Source of the DNA: Vicinamibacterales bacterium
Lineage (GTDB): Bacteria; Acidobacteriota; Vicinamibacteria; Vicinamibacterales; UBA8438
Direction of reading: 5' to 3'
Assembly (NCBI GenBank): GCA_965207615.1
Contig: CBDBMZ010000003.1
Span: 4,077,855-4,141,854 of the forward strand
DNA: 64,000 nt
A program made the position numbers and the translations under genes. Shown in pieces: positions 55,008 through 63,565 of the stretch. The first letter of the stretch is position 1, and every line of letters begins with the position of its first letter. Below the pieces are notes generated by a model. The model was given only the letters and a program-made list of their open reading frames with translations, did not search any database and had not been told where the DNA came from.

Positions 55008-57957
55008 CGACGTAGTCCTTCCTGCATACCGTGGGATAGTCGCAGAAGGCGCAGCGGTAGGGCTCGGCGGGGCGCACGGGGAACCGCCCTTCCTCGATCC
55101 CGTCCACCGTCTCGAGAAAATGCCGCTGGCCTTCCGCCGACGCTGCGGCGATGTCCTGCCGGCGGTCCAGCGGCACCCAGGTCCGCGGCTCGCCGAACGC
55201 GACGTAGCCCGCCTCGGCGAGCCGCCATTCGCGCCCGTGACGGCCCGCGAGCGCCTGCTCGGCACACCGTCCGTAGACGGGAAGCTGCAGCGAGCGGGCA
55301 CGGTCGGGCGCTTGGCCGGTCTTGTAGTCGACCACCCGCAACCGCCCTCCCTCGATCAGGTCGATGCGGTCGGCGGTGCCGCGCAGCCGCACCGGGCGGG
55401 GGCCGGCCGCGCCGTCGAGCCGATGCACGCCGTCGAGCCGAACCTCCAGCAGCCGCTCCACCACCCGGCCCGGACGATCCGCCTCGAGCATCAGCAGGCG
55501 ATCGAGGACGCCGGCGCCGGCCGGCGAGCCCAGCAGGCGGACCCGCTCCACCGCCCGGTCTCGGGGCGGCAGCTCCGCCAGCCGCTCCTCGGCAACGGCG
55601 GCGGCGAGCGCGCGGGCGCGCGGGAACGACCCGACGTCGATGGCGCCGCCGTCCTCGTCCTGCCATCGCTCGAAGAACACGTGCAGGACTTCGTGCACGA
55701 AGCGACCCCGCGAGCGCGGACTCAGGATGACCTCGTCGTCGGGCTCGTCGCCGAGCCGCAGCACCGCCGATGCGAAGTACTGGAAGGGACAGCTCAGGTA
55801 GCGCTCGACGCCGCTGACCGCGTACGCGGCCGGGGCCGGAGGGCCGGTCTGCCCGCCGACCCGGGTGTCCGCCTCGGCCCGGCGCCTTTCGCGCAGGGCC
55901 AGCCACTCGGCCGGCTCGTCCGCGAGCTGCACCGCGGCCGGGACCTCGGCGAGGCCCGCGTCCGCCGTCACCCGCCCGGCTGGAGGAGGTTCGACGGCGA
56001 CCTCGACCTCCAGATCGGCGAGGTCCTCGAGCATCGGCGACCCCGCCACCACCGCGTCGTCCTCGAAAGCGACGGTGGACACCGTGACTCGACGGGCCGC
56101 CGACCCCAGCAGGTCGCGGAAGGCGGCGCGGGTCGCCCGCTGGCGGTCGACCTCGCGCGGCCATCCGAGTCGGTGCAGCAGCGCCGCCGGGTACAGCGAG
56201 CTGGAGCGCGCGAGATCGGGCCACTCGCGATCCACGAGACCCACCAGGCAGAGATGGTCGAAAACGCCGTACCGCGCCGCCTGCGCCTCGACGAGCACCA
56301 GGCCGCCGGGGCCGGAAGGAACACCGGCGGGGCCGGGGACGGCGAAGGTCGACGCCTCTATCAGGCGCCGCAGGGTGGATGTGATCGTGGCCAGGTCGAC
56401 GACCGGATCGTCGTGCCGAACATGGGCGTCCCGCCAGTCGCGCAGGATGGCGAGCACCGCGGCGCGAGCCTGCGACTCGCGCGACGCGGTCTCGGCGTCG
56501 TCCGGGGGCGGCGGGCGGTGGGCGTCGACGAACCGCAGCAGACAGTCGACAAGGGTACTCGCCGGACCCGGCCGCGCGAGCGCCGCGAGCTCGTCACCGG
56601 CCTCGGCCGCCGCTCGCGCGGCCCGGGCGGCAACGGCGCGGCGGCCGCGGCCGTCGGGACCGGCCCAGCGCGCCGCGAGCCGGCGGAGTGCGCGGCCGGG
56701 GCCGGAAGCGTCCTCGTCGTCTCCGCCCACGTACCGCGCATCGCGGAGGGCCCCGTCCAGGGCCGGTGCCGCCGACGGGTCGAGAATCCCGTTCGCATCG
56801 GAGAAGTGGTAGTGCGGGGACCCGAGCAGCTCGACGGTGGGGCGGCGCGCACACCCGGACGACACGAACGACAGCACCAGGTCGATCGCCGCGGCGAAGG
56901 GCTCGGAGGCCAGCGGCAGCGCGCCCGTCTCCTCGTGGGGAACCCCGGCCGAGGCGAACAGGTGGCGGGCCGCGTACAGATACGGCAGCGGCCGCTGGAA
57001 GACGACCGCGGTGCGCTCGACCGCGGGCCGGCTCTTCACTTGCCGGACGACGGCCAGCAGTTCCTCCTCGCGGTCCCGCCACGTGAAGTAACGCCGTCCG
57101 GGCGCCGCATCCGGCGCGACGAGACGCGCGCGCGCGCCGGGCGCCGACGGAACCGCCGTCTCCTCGATGCCCGGCAGCAGGTCCGCGAGCCGCTCCCGAT
57201 AGCCGGCCGCCAGCAGCGACGAGGTCGACACCACGTCGAGCCGGACGAGACCGGGAAGACGGGCCAGCAGGTCGAAGTCCCCGGGCCACAGACCATCGTG
57301 ACCCGATGCGCGGTCGGCGATGGTGAGCACCACCTGCGGCACCGGGCGGCGCAACCCGCGCGCGAGGACCGCTGCCCGCACCCCGTGCTCGTCGATCCGG
57401 CCCGACGCCGCGACCCGACGCTCGTAGGCCCGGAACATCCCGGCGAGGAACCGTGTCTGGCGCAGCATGCGCCGGGCGCCGCGATCGAGTTCCCGGCTCG
57501 GTTCCAGCGTCTCGACGAGCACCTGCTCGAAGGCATCGACCTCCCGCCGGTTGCGGCGCAGCTCGTCGTAGAGCCCCAGAAACTCGTCGACCAACCCCGG
57601 CCGCAGGTTGAACGGCGGCTCCACGCCGGAAGCCCGCGTCTCCTCGGCCGCCGCCCGTCCGCACACGAGCCGCTCGACCGCGCCGACCCGCGGAGGGGCC
57701 TCTTCCAACCGGCGATGCAACTCGGCGTAGAGCCCGTCGCGGGTCACCAGGGGGGGGAGCACGAACGCCGCCCTCTGCGCCAGCAGCCGCTGCTCGAGGG
57801 TCCACCGCAACTGCCCGGCGGCCGCGCGGGACGTCACCAGGACCATCGACGCGCGCAGGTCCCGGAAGCTGTTCCAGTCGAGGCAGTCGGCGATCGCCAG
57901 GCGAAACGACGGCAGGTCCGGCGCTCTGAACAGGCGGATCCGCGGCGAAGCAGTCAC
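54997..57957 (-). CDS. addB: AddB-like PD-(D/E)xK nuclease subunit with C-terminal Cys cluster
   Basis: CPFQYFASAVL, DRIDLIEGGRLRVVDYKTG and CAFCDYPTVC. The start is uncertain (GTG 57957 or TTG 58023). Confidence 0.8.
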   Translation of the reverse strand: MTASPRIRLFRAPDLPSFRLAIADCLDWNSFRDLRASMVLVTSRAAAGQLRWTLEQRLLAQRAAFVLPPLVTRDGLYAELHRRLEEAPPRVGAVERLVCGRAAAEETRASGVEPPFNLRPGLVDEFLGLYDELRRNRREVDAFEQVLVETLEPSRELDRGARRMLRQTRFLAGMFRAYERRVAASGRIDEHGVRAAVLARGLRRPVPQVVLTIADRASGHDGLWPGDFDLLARLPGLVRLDVVSTSSLLAAGYRERLADLLPGIEETAVPSAPGARARLVAPDAAPGRRYFTWRDREEELLAVVRQVKSRPAVERTAVVFQRPLPYLYAARHLFASAGVPHEETGALPLASEPFAAAIDLVLSFVSSGCARRPTVELLGSPHYHFSDANGILDPSAAPALDGALRDARYVGGDDEDASGPGRALRRLAARWAGPDGRGRRAVAARAARAAAEAGDELAALARPGPASTLVDCLLRFVDAHRPPPPDDAETASRESQARAAVLAILRDWRDAHVRHDDPVVDLATITSTLRRLIEASTFAVPGPAGVPSGPGGLVLVEAQAARYGVFDHLCLVGLVDREWPDLARSSSLYPAALLHRLGWPREVDRQRATRAAFRDLLGSAARRVTVSTVAFEDDAVVAGSPMLEDLADLEVEVAVEPPPAGRVTADAGLAEVPAAVQLADEPAEWLALRERRRAEADTRVGGQTGPPAPAAYAVSGVERYLSCPFQYFASAVLRLGDEPDDEVILSPRSRGRFVHEVLHVFFERWQDEDGGAIDVGSFPRARALAAAVAEERLAELPPRDRAVERVRLLGSPAGAGVLDRLLMLEADRPGRVVERLLEVRLDGVHRLDGAAGPRPVRLRGTADRIDLIEGGRLRVVDYKTGQAPDRARSLQLPVYGRCAEQALAGRHGREWRLAEAGYVAFGEPRTWVPLDRRQDIAAASAEGQRHFLETVDGIEEGRFPVRPAEPYRCAFCDYPTVCRKDYVGDG

Positions 57958-58015
57958 GGCAGGACCGTGCGCCCGGGGGTCCGCGCGGGCAAGACCGGTA
58001 CGGGCTGTGGAAAAG

Positions 58016-58036
58016 CTGTGCAATTCATGTGCACAG
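58016..58036. promoter_or_regulatory. inverted repeat CTGTGCA-N7-TGCACAG upstream of addB-addA
   Basis: 7-nt perfect arms containing the 8-nt palindrome TGTGCACA. It sits in an AT-richer stretch with a T8 run at 58062-58069. Confidence 0.35.
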
Positions 58037-58215
58037 AGTGTGAATCACCAGCGAGGAAGAGTTTTTTTTCTGCCGGGACCAAAGGCATCGTCCGCCGCAA
58101 CCGGGAGGGTGTGGATCGGTCTTCGTACCTTCCTTCGCTTGATCGACACCTCCAGCCGGCTACAATCCCTTTCTCACTGTCGCACTCGAAAACTCATCGT
58201 TCAACTCCCAAAACC

Positions 58216-58458
58216 GTGCCCGCTCATCGTTTCGAACGCGCCATCAACGACCGTCGCTACGTCATCGAGGCGGCCCTGGTCGACCCGGACCGGTGGCGCG
58301 CCTACTTGGTCGGCGTAGCCGGCGGACCGACGGCCCTGATGCCCTTCTACGGCGAGACGCCCGAGCAGGCGGTCGAGCGGCTGGCCGACTGGCTGGCCCT
58401 CGCTCACCGCTCGTCGGCGCTACGATACGACCCGAACGGCCGGTCGGCCGGGAACTGA
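58216..58458 (+). CDS. small hypothetical protein (80 aa), divergent from addB
   Basis: High GC3. GTG start with no clear RBS. ...DPDRWRAYLVGVAGGPTALMPFYGETPEQAVERLADWLA. Confidence 0.45.
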   Translation: MPAHRFERAINDRRYVIEAALVDPDRWRAYLVGVAGGPTALMPFYGETPEQAVERLADWLALAHRSSALRYDPNGRSAGN

Positions 58459-58540
58459 ACCCCGCCCCGACCGGCAATGCGCCGTTCCGGAACATGGGCG
58501 ACGTTCAACGGGTGTCAGGGGAAGACCGAAGAGGGAAGGA

Positions 58541-58616
58541 TGGTGGACCAGACGGGGGTCGAACCCGTGACCTCGTGAATGCCATTCACGCGCGCTCCCA
58601 ACTGCGCCACTGGCCC
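58541..58616 (-). tRNA. tRNA-Ala (anticodon GGC)
   Basis: 76 nt cloverleaf GGGCCAG/CTGGTCC with the G3-U70 wobble pair. D arm GCGC-AGTTGGGA-GCGC. Anticodon loop AT-GGC-AT. T arm ACGGG-TTCGACC-CCCGT. Encoded CCA. Confidence 0.9.
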
Positions 58617-58651
58617 AGCCGATTTCATTCTATCCGGATGCCGTCCGGCAA

Positions 58652-59296
58652 TCAACCGACGCCCGACCGCGGCCCGGCGGGGTCGGGAAGGGGCGGCGCG
58701 ACGCCGAAGCACCGCCGATAGTCCTCGGGAGTATCCACGTCGGTGAAGGCGCCGGGGTCGTCGACGGCGACCACGCACTCCTCCGCCTCGTGCGCGCGTA
58801 CCACCGGCTTGGCGCCGTGCGCCGGATCAGCCTGCCTGAGCTCGCGGAAGAGCCGGCGATCGAACACCACCGGGTGGCCGTGCCTGCCGTCCCGCCCCGG
58901 ACGCACGAGGGGAGCGCCGGTCCGCCGGTAGGCGTCCAGCACCGCCCGTACCGTCGCGGCCGAGATCAGCGGCAGATCGACCAGGGTGACGAGCATCGCT
59001 CTCACGCCGGGATGGTCGACGACCCCGAGCGCAACGAGGAGCGAGGAGAGCTGGCCCCGCTCGGGCCGCGGGTTGCGGACGACACGGACCATCGGCCGCA
59101 GGAGAGCCGCCCGCCCACCGACGGCGTCGTGGTGACGACCGGTCACGATCACCACGTCGTCGACGCCGCCCGACCGCAGCGTCGACACGATCCGTTCCAG
59201 GAAGGTCTCGCGTCCCGGACCCGCCGGGAGGAGCGCCTTCGGACGGCCCTGCATACGGGACGACGCCCCGCCGGCCAGCACCACCCCGGGAATCAC
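58652..59296 (-). CDS. MobA/MocA-like nucleotidyltransferase
   Basis: VLAGGASSRMQGRPKALL N-terminal motif and VDLPLI. Confidence 0.8.
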   Translation of the reverse strand: MIPGVVLAGGASSRMQGRPKALLPAGPGRETFLERIVSTLRSGGVDDVVIVTGRHHDAVGGRAALLRPMVRVVRNPRPERGQLSSLLVALGVVDHPGVRAMLVTLVDLPLISAATVRAVLDAYRRTGAPLVRPGRDGRHGHPVVFDRRLFRELRQADPAHGAKPVVRAHEAEECVVAVDDPGAFTDVDTPEDYRRCFGVAPPLPDPAGPRSGVG

Positions 59297-59499
59297 GTTT
59301 GCAGATCCTCGCTTCTCATCGAAGACGCGCTGCCGCGCATCGGGGGCGCTCGACGGGTGGAACGCCGCCGGCGGGGGCCCGCCGGCTCCGGTCCGACGCG
59401 TGAGCCTCCCCGGGGCTCCGGGGGCGGGCAGGAGGCCGACTTCACCCGCCGAATGCCGAGTATTGCAAGACCCCCGGCGGGAACACTACAATCCCGCCC

Positions 59500-59700
59500 A
59501 TGGACCACCCCGACGTCTCCGTTCGTTGCCAGCGATGCGGCGAGCCGATGGAGCTGCGGGATCCCGGCCCCGAGGATCCGTGGCAGCCGCAGCAGTTCTG
59601 GGAATGCCCGGTCTGCAATCGGCACTTCTGGACCACCTTTCCCCCGGCGAAGCCCGCGAAACCCGCGAAGCCCGCCCCCAAGGCGGCCCCTGCCGAATAG
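59500..59700 (+). CDS. small zinc-ribbon protein with KPA-repeat tail
   Basis: CQRC ... CPVC pairs. Tail PPAKPAKPAKPAPKAAPAE. High GC3. Confidence 0.55.
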   Translation: MDHPDVSVRCQRCGEPMELRDPGPEDPWQPQQFWECPVCNRHFWTTFPPAKPAKPAKPAPKAAPAE

Positions 59701-59775
59701 TATCGCGAAGGCGGCGGCCTCGAACCCCGGCGCAGGCTCTTCCCGCGTGCGGGGACGCGCCCGACCGGCCTCCGC

Positions 59776-59805
59776 TTGACTTCTACCGACAAACGTCACT
59801 AGACT
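59776..59805 (+). promoter_or_regulatory. sigma-70-like promoter candidate for the cold-shock gene (TTGACT-18-TAGACT)
   Basis: Hexamers at 59776-59781 and 59800-59805. It would give a leader of roughly 215 nt before the csp ATG. Confidence 0.4.
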
Positions 59806-60025
59806 TGCGCCTTTCGGTGTAGATCCGAGTGTGGACGTCGGGCGCACCGAAGAGGCGTGGTTCCGTTGAAGACGAGGACCTCGCAACCCGCCCTCATCGG
59901 GGGTAGCGGGTGGTTCTGGCGGCCGCCCCGGCCTGCGATGAGGGGTTGTCCGTCAGGTCCCGACTGGTCGACGAGGCGTCTGGGCACCGTCGCGGCGGTT
60001 GGGATTCGGCATCGAAGGAGTTCGC

Positions 60026-60232
60026 ATGCCCAGCGGTACTATCGCACGTCTCTTGATCGACAAGGGGTTCGGGTTCATTCGCGACGAGGGAGGAATCGAG
60101 CACTTCTTCCACCGCAGCGCCGTGCGCGGAGCAGTCTTCGAGTTGCTCCGGGAAGGCCAGCGGGTCGAGTTCACGACGGAGGAATCGACCAAGGGACCCC
60201 GTGCCGGAGAAGTGCGCCTGATCGAGGGGTAG
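60026..60232 (+). CDS. cold-shock domain protein (CspA family)
   Basis: AAGGAG RBS. KGFGFI (RNP1) and FFHRS (RNP2-like). 68 aa. Confidence 0.9.
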   Translation: MPSGTIARLLIDKGFGFIRDEGGIEHFFHRSAVRGAVFELLREGQRVEFTTEESTKGPRAGEVRLIEG

Positions 60233-60241
60233 CGCTTCGCC

Positions 60242-60273
60242 GGCGCCGTCCCGCCCGACGGCGGGACGGCGCC
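60242..60273 (+). terminator. 14-bp perfect GC hairpin after csp
   Basis: GGCGCCGTCCCGCC-cgac-GGCGGGACGGCGCC followed by TT, 10 nt after the stop codon. Confidence 0.8.
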
Positions 60274-60509
60274 TTGCACGATTCCGGTCGGTCTTGAAAG
60301 CGGCGGCACGTTCGCATCGCAGTCGCGGTTTCGCCACCGTGTGCTGTGTTGTACGTGTGGTCCGTGTGTTGGTTTGTACCGCTGACGCCTCCCCGAAACC
60401 GATACGCCGTCAGCCCGTCAGCCGGATGCGGCCGCGGTCGACGCCCCGGGTCCGGCACCCGTGCGGGCGGCGCCCGCTTCCGGTCGACCACGGGCGCAAT
60501 GGACGGTGA

Positions 60510-60606
60510 GGAAGCGAACGGGGCCCGGTGGCCCTCCCGGTCTTCAAAATCGGTCGCCCCCCGCCAACGCGGGGGGGCTGGGTTCGACTCCCAGGCGCTT
60601 CCGCCA
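60510..60606 (+). tRNA. selC: selenocysteine tRNA (anticodon UCA)
   Basis: 97 nt. GGAAGCG.../...CGCTTCC-G-CCA ends like E. coli selC. 6-bp D stem GGGGCC/GGCCCT. Anticodon loop CT-TCA-AA. Long variable arm CCCCCCGC-caac-GCGGGGGG. T arm CTGGG-TTCGACT-CCCAG. Confidence 0.9.
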
Positions 60607-60707
60607 ACCTCGGGCTCGTCGTCGCCAGCCCGCCAAGCGTCGCCCGCGGCTCCGCTTGGCCCCCCCAGCAGCCCTCCAGGAGTCCACACCGTCCACGGCG
60701 CAGATTC

Positions 60708-61409
60708 CTAGCCCGTCAGGAGGGTTGCGACGGCCGTCTCCGTATCGCTGAAGTCCGGCAGCACCTCGTGGGCCCCCGCCTCGCGCAGGGCAGGCTCGTC
60801 GTAGGAACCGGTGGCCACCGCCACGCACCGGGCCCCCGCCGCCGCCGCGCACTGCACGTCGAGGGGTGTGTCGCCGATCACGACGACGTCGGCCGGCCGG
60901 CGCACCTCGACCCGGGCCCGGCGGGCCCGCTCGACGGCAATCGGCACCAGGGCGTCCCGCACCGGCGCGTCGTCCCCGTAGGCCCCGAAGCCGAAGTACC
61001 GCCAGACGTCGAAGTGCTCCAGCTTGATGCGGGCGGGCCGCGCGAAGTTGCCGGTGACGAGCCCGCACCGCACCGCGTCGTTCCCGGCGAGGACTTCCAG
61101 CAGCCGGGCCACTCCGGGCATCAGCCCCTTCCGCGGACCCGGAAAGTGGATCTCCCGGGCGAACAGCTCGCAGTAGCGGCGGTGAAAGCGGGCCCGCGCC
61201 CGTGCGTCGATGACCACCCCCGCACGCGCCGCCGCCGCGGTGAGAATCAGCTCGTCGGTCCGGCCCGCCACCGGAATGTCGTCGAAGCCCCGCGGCACGC
61301 CGAAGAGCTCCTCGAACGTCCTCGTCAGCGCGCGGTAGCCGGCCCGCCCCGACAGCAGCAGCGTCCCGTCTATGTCGAAGAGGAGAATCCTGGAGAACAC
61401 CGGCGCCAC
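60708..61409 (-). CDS. HAD-superfamily hydrolase (phosphoglycolate phosphatase-like)
   Basis: LLFDIDGTLL motif I and VVIGDTPLDV motif IV. Confidence 0.85.
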   Translation of the reverse strand: MAPVFSRILLFDIDGTLLLSGRAGYRALTRTFEELFGVPRGFDDIPVAGRTDELILTAAAARAGVVIDARARARFHRRYCELFAREIHFPGPRKGLMPGVARLLEVLAGNDAVRCGLVTGNFARPARIKLEHFDVWRYFGFGAYGDDAPVRDALVPIAVERARRARVEVRRPADVVVIGDTPLDVQCAAAAGARCVAVATGSYDEPALREAGAHEVLPDFSDTETAVATLLTG

Positions 61410-61883
61410 TCAGGCTCCGAGGTCACGGTTGACCTCGTCGACGATGCGGGAGGACTCGTTCAGGGCATGCACGATCGCCCGCAACGCCGCCGCGCCCGCG
61501 GCTATCGCGAGCATTCCCAGGAAGGCGTGCACCCCGGGGGCGACGACGCCGGTGTCGACGCCACCGCCCACGATGGCGACGAGCATGGTCGAGGCCATGG
61601 CCAGCGTCGCGAGCTTGAACACCGGCCCCCGCAGCGCGGACACGCGGGCGGCGGCGTCGGTCTCCAGCCCGCCCTCGGCGACCGCGTCGCGGATGGCGCG
61701 GCCCTTGCCGATGAGGTAGAACATGGTCATGGAGTGCGCCAGCAGGGTCATCAGCGTGACGAAGATCGCGAACGTCGCGTGACGCAGGATCTCTTCGGGC
61801 GCGGTCGCGACGTACCCCAGGGCGAAGCTGGCGAGCAGGCCGGCGAGCGACAGCACCGATGCGGTGATCAACGCGGCGGACAT
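61410..61883 (-). CDS. hypothetical four-helix membrane protein
   Basis: Four hydrophobic segments. Its stop directly abuts the HAD gene start, so an operon is likely. Confidence 0.6.
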   Translation of the reverse strand: MSAALITASVLSLAGLLASFALGYVATAPEEILRHATFAIFVTLMTLLAHSMTMFYLIGKGRAIRDAVAEGGLETDAAARVSALRGPVFKLATLAMASTMLVAIVGGGVDTGVVAPGVHAFLGMLAIAAGAAALRAIVHALNESSRIVDEVNRDLGA

Positions 61884-61892
61884 CGGCCGATC

Positions 61893-62432
61893 ATGATATC
61901 AACCTCCGGCGGGGAGCCCGGCCCGGTGAGCGCCGCGCCCTCGGCCTTCGTCGTCCGTTGGCTGTCCCGAGTCCGCGCCACCCTGGGAACCCGGCGCGAC
62001 GTTCTGGACGTGGCAACGGGGGCGGGGCGGCACGCCCGGGCCGCGGCCGCGGCGGGGTTCCGGGTCTACGGCGTCGACCGCGACCTCGGCCGGCTGCGCC
62101 GGGCCCGCGGCGAGGGGTCGACGGCACGGCTCTGGGTCGCGGACCTGGAGGTGTCCCCCCTGCCCCGCGACCGGTTCGACGTGATCGTCTGCACCAACTA
62201 CCTGCAGCGCTCCCTGTGGCCCGGTCTTCGCGGCGCCGTGCGGCGCGGCGGCTTCGTGATCTACGAGACGTTCACGGTCGCCCAGCTCGCCCACGGCACG
62301 GGGCCGCGGTCGCCGGACCACCTGCTGCGCCCCGGCGAGCTGCGGGAGGTCTTCGCCGACTGGCGGATCTGGCACGACGAGGAGCACCGGGCCCCGACCG
62401 CGGTGGCGCAGGTGGTGGCGAGGAAACCGTGA
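61893..62432 (+). CDS. class I SAM-dependent methyltransferase
   Basis: VLDVATGAGRHA glycine-rich SAM motif and DVIVCTNYLQR. Confidence 0.75.
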   Translation: MISTSGGEPGPVSAAPSAFVVRWLSRVRATLGTRRDVLDVATGAGRHARAAAAAGFRVYGVDRDLGRLRRARGEGSTARLWVADLEVSPLPRDRFDVIVCTNYLQRSLWPGLRGAVRRGGFVIYETFTVAQLAHGTGPRSPDHLLRPGELREVFADWRIWHDEEHRAPTAVAQVVARKP

Positions 62433-62445
62433 CGGGAGGGCACCG

Positions 62446-63405
62446 TCAGCCGACGGGGCGGGCACCGCTGCGGCGCGGCCGGTCGTGCCCGACCAGCTCC
62501 CGGTATTCCCTGATGAGCAACTGCAGGTGCTCCCGCTCCTCGTCCGCGAACTCCAGGAAGATGCGCTTGCCCTCGGAGTCCTCGAAGCGCTCGCCGTACC
62601 GCTTGAAGAACCGGTGGGACGCGCGCTCGCAGCGGATGCCGATCATCAGCGCCTCGCGGTCGTCGACGACCTTCCGCAGCCGCTCGGCCCCCTCGGCGAA
62701 CAGCCCGTCCGACGCCCCCTTGAAGTACAGGAAGGTGGGGTACGACTCGATCTCCGGGTCCTCGGCCCGCAACCGCTCGTAGCGGGCCTCGAGCGTCGAC
62801 AGGTGCTCCTTCTCCTCGGCCGCCAGGCTCTCGAAGACCTTGCGGGCGCGGGGGTTGCGGACGAGCCCGGCCCCCCGGGAGTAGAACTCGAGCCCGCTGC
62901 GCTCCGTCGCGATGGCGATGCGCAACGCGTCGCGGGCGAACACCGTCTCGGTGGCCGCGGCGGGGCGTGACGACCGCTGTCCCTTCTGGCATTCGTCGCA
63001 GGTGCCGTAGATCTGCACCACGCTCTGGCGCGCGAGGAAGCCGCGGGCCTCGGCGATCTCGGCCAGCAGCACCTCGACGTCGGAGCTGAGGAACTCGGAC
63101 GACCGGTTGCAGGACTTGCAGATGAGATGGAAGTGCCGGGGATGGCGGTACGAGTGCTCGAACCGGAAGCGGCCCTCGCCGAAGTCGACCTTGCGGGCGA
63201 TGCCCGCGTCGACCATCCACTGGAGCGTGCGGTAGACGGTGGCCCGGCTGATGCGCTTGTCCTCCTCGCGCATCAGGTCGACGAGGTCGTCCGCGCTCAG
63301 GTGGCCCTCCTGGCGCAGGAACACGCTGACCACGAGATCGCGCTTGCCGGAGCGCTTGCCGCCGGCGGGGCGCAGCCGTTCGATGTACTCTGTTTGCGAG
63401 TCCAT
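62446..63405 (-). CDS. Fur-family regulator fused to a rubrerythrin/ferritin-like diiron domain
   Basis: Fur part: ISRATVYRTLQWMVDAGI, HFHLICKSC...CDEC. C-terminal part: ERSGLEFY, EEKEH, CERASHRFF and EEREH (two E...ExxH pairs). Confidence 0.8.
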   Translation of the reverse strand: MDSQTEYIERLRPAGGKRSGKRDLVVSVFLRQEGHLSADDLVDLMREEDKRISRATVYRTLQWMVDAGIARKVDFGEGRFRFEHSYRHPRHFHLICKSCNRSSEFLSSDVEVLLAEIAEARGFLARQSVVQIYGTCDECQKGQRSSRPAAATETVFARDALRIAIATERSGLEFYSRGAGLVRNPRARKVFESLAAEEKEHLSTLEARYERLRAEDPEIESYPTFLYFKGASDGLFAEGAERLRKVVDDREALMIGIRCERASHRFFKRYGERFEDSEGKRIFLEFADEEREHLQLLIREYRELVGHDRPRRSGARPVG

Positions 63406-63565
63406 GGCCAACCCGGGCACACGACGCCCGCCGTGTGGCGGCACACGCCGGGCGCCGGTCACCCGCGGTCGAGCCAATGGGAGTTCGTCCGGGGGCGACC
63501 GTTACGGAGAAGGTGGCCGCTTTCGCCCTGCCGCGCCGCCATGCGCGGCGTACGCGGTCCTGGAC

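Noticed and set aside
60510-60606. tmRNA (ssrA) 3' tRNA-like end, suggested by GGGTTCGACTCCC...GCCA.
   Set aside because: A complete cloverleaf with a UCA anticodon loop, a 6-bp D stem and a long variable arm fits within 97 nt. There is no tag-peptide reading frame or pseudoknot region. It is tRNA-Sec.
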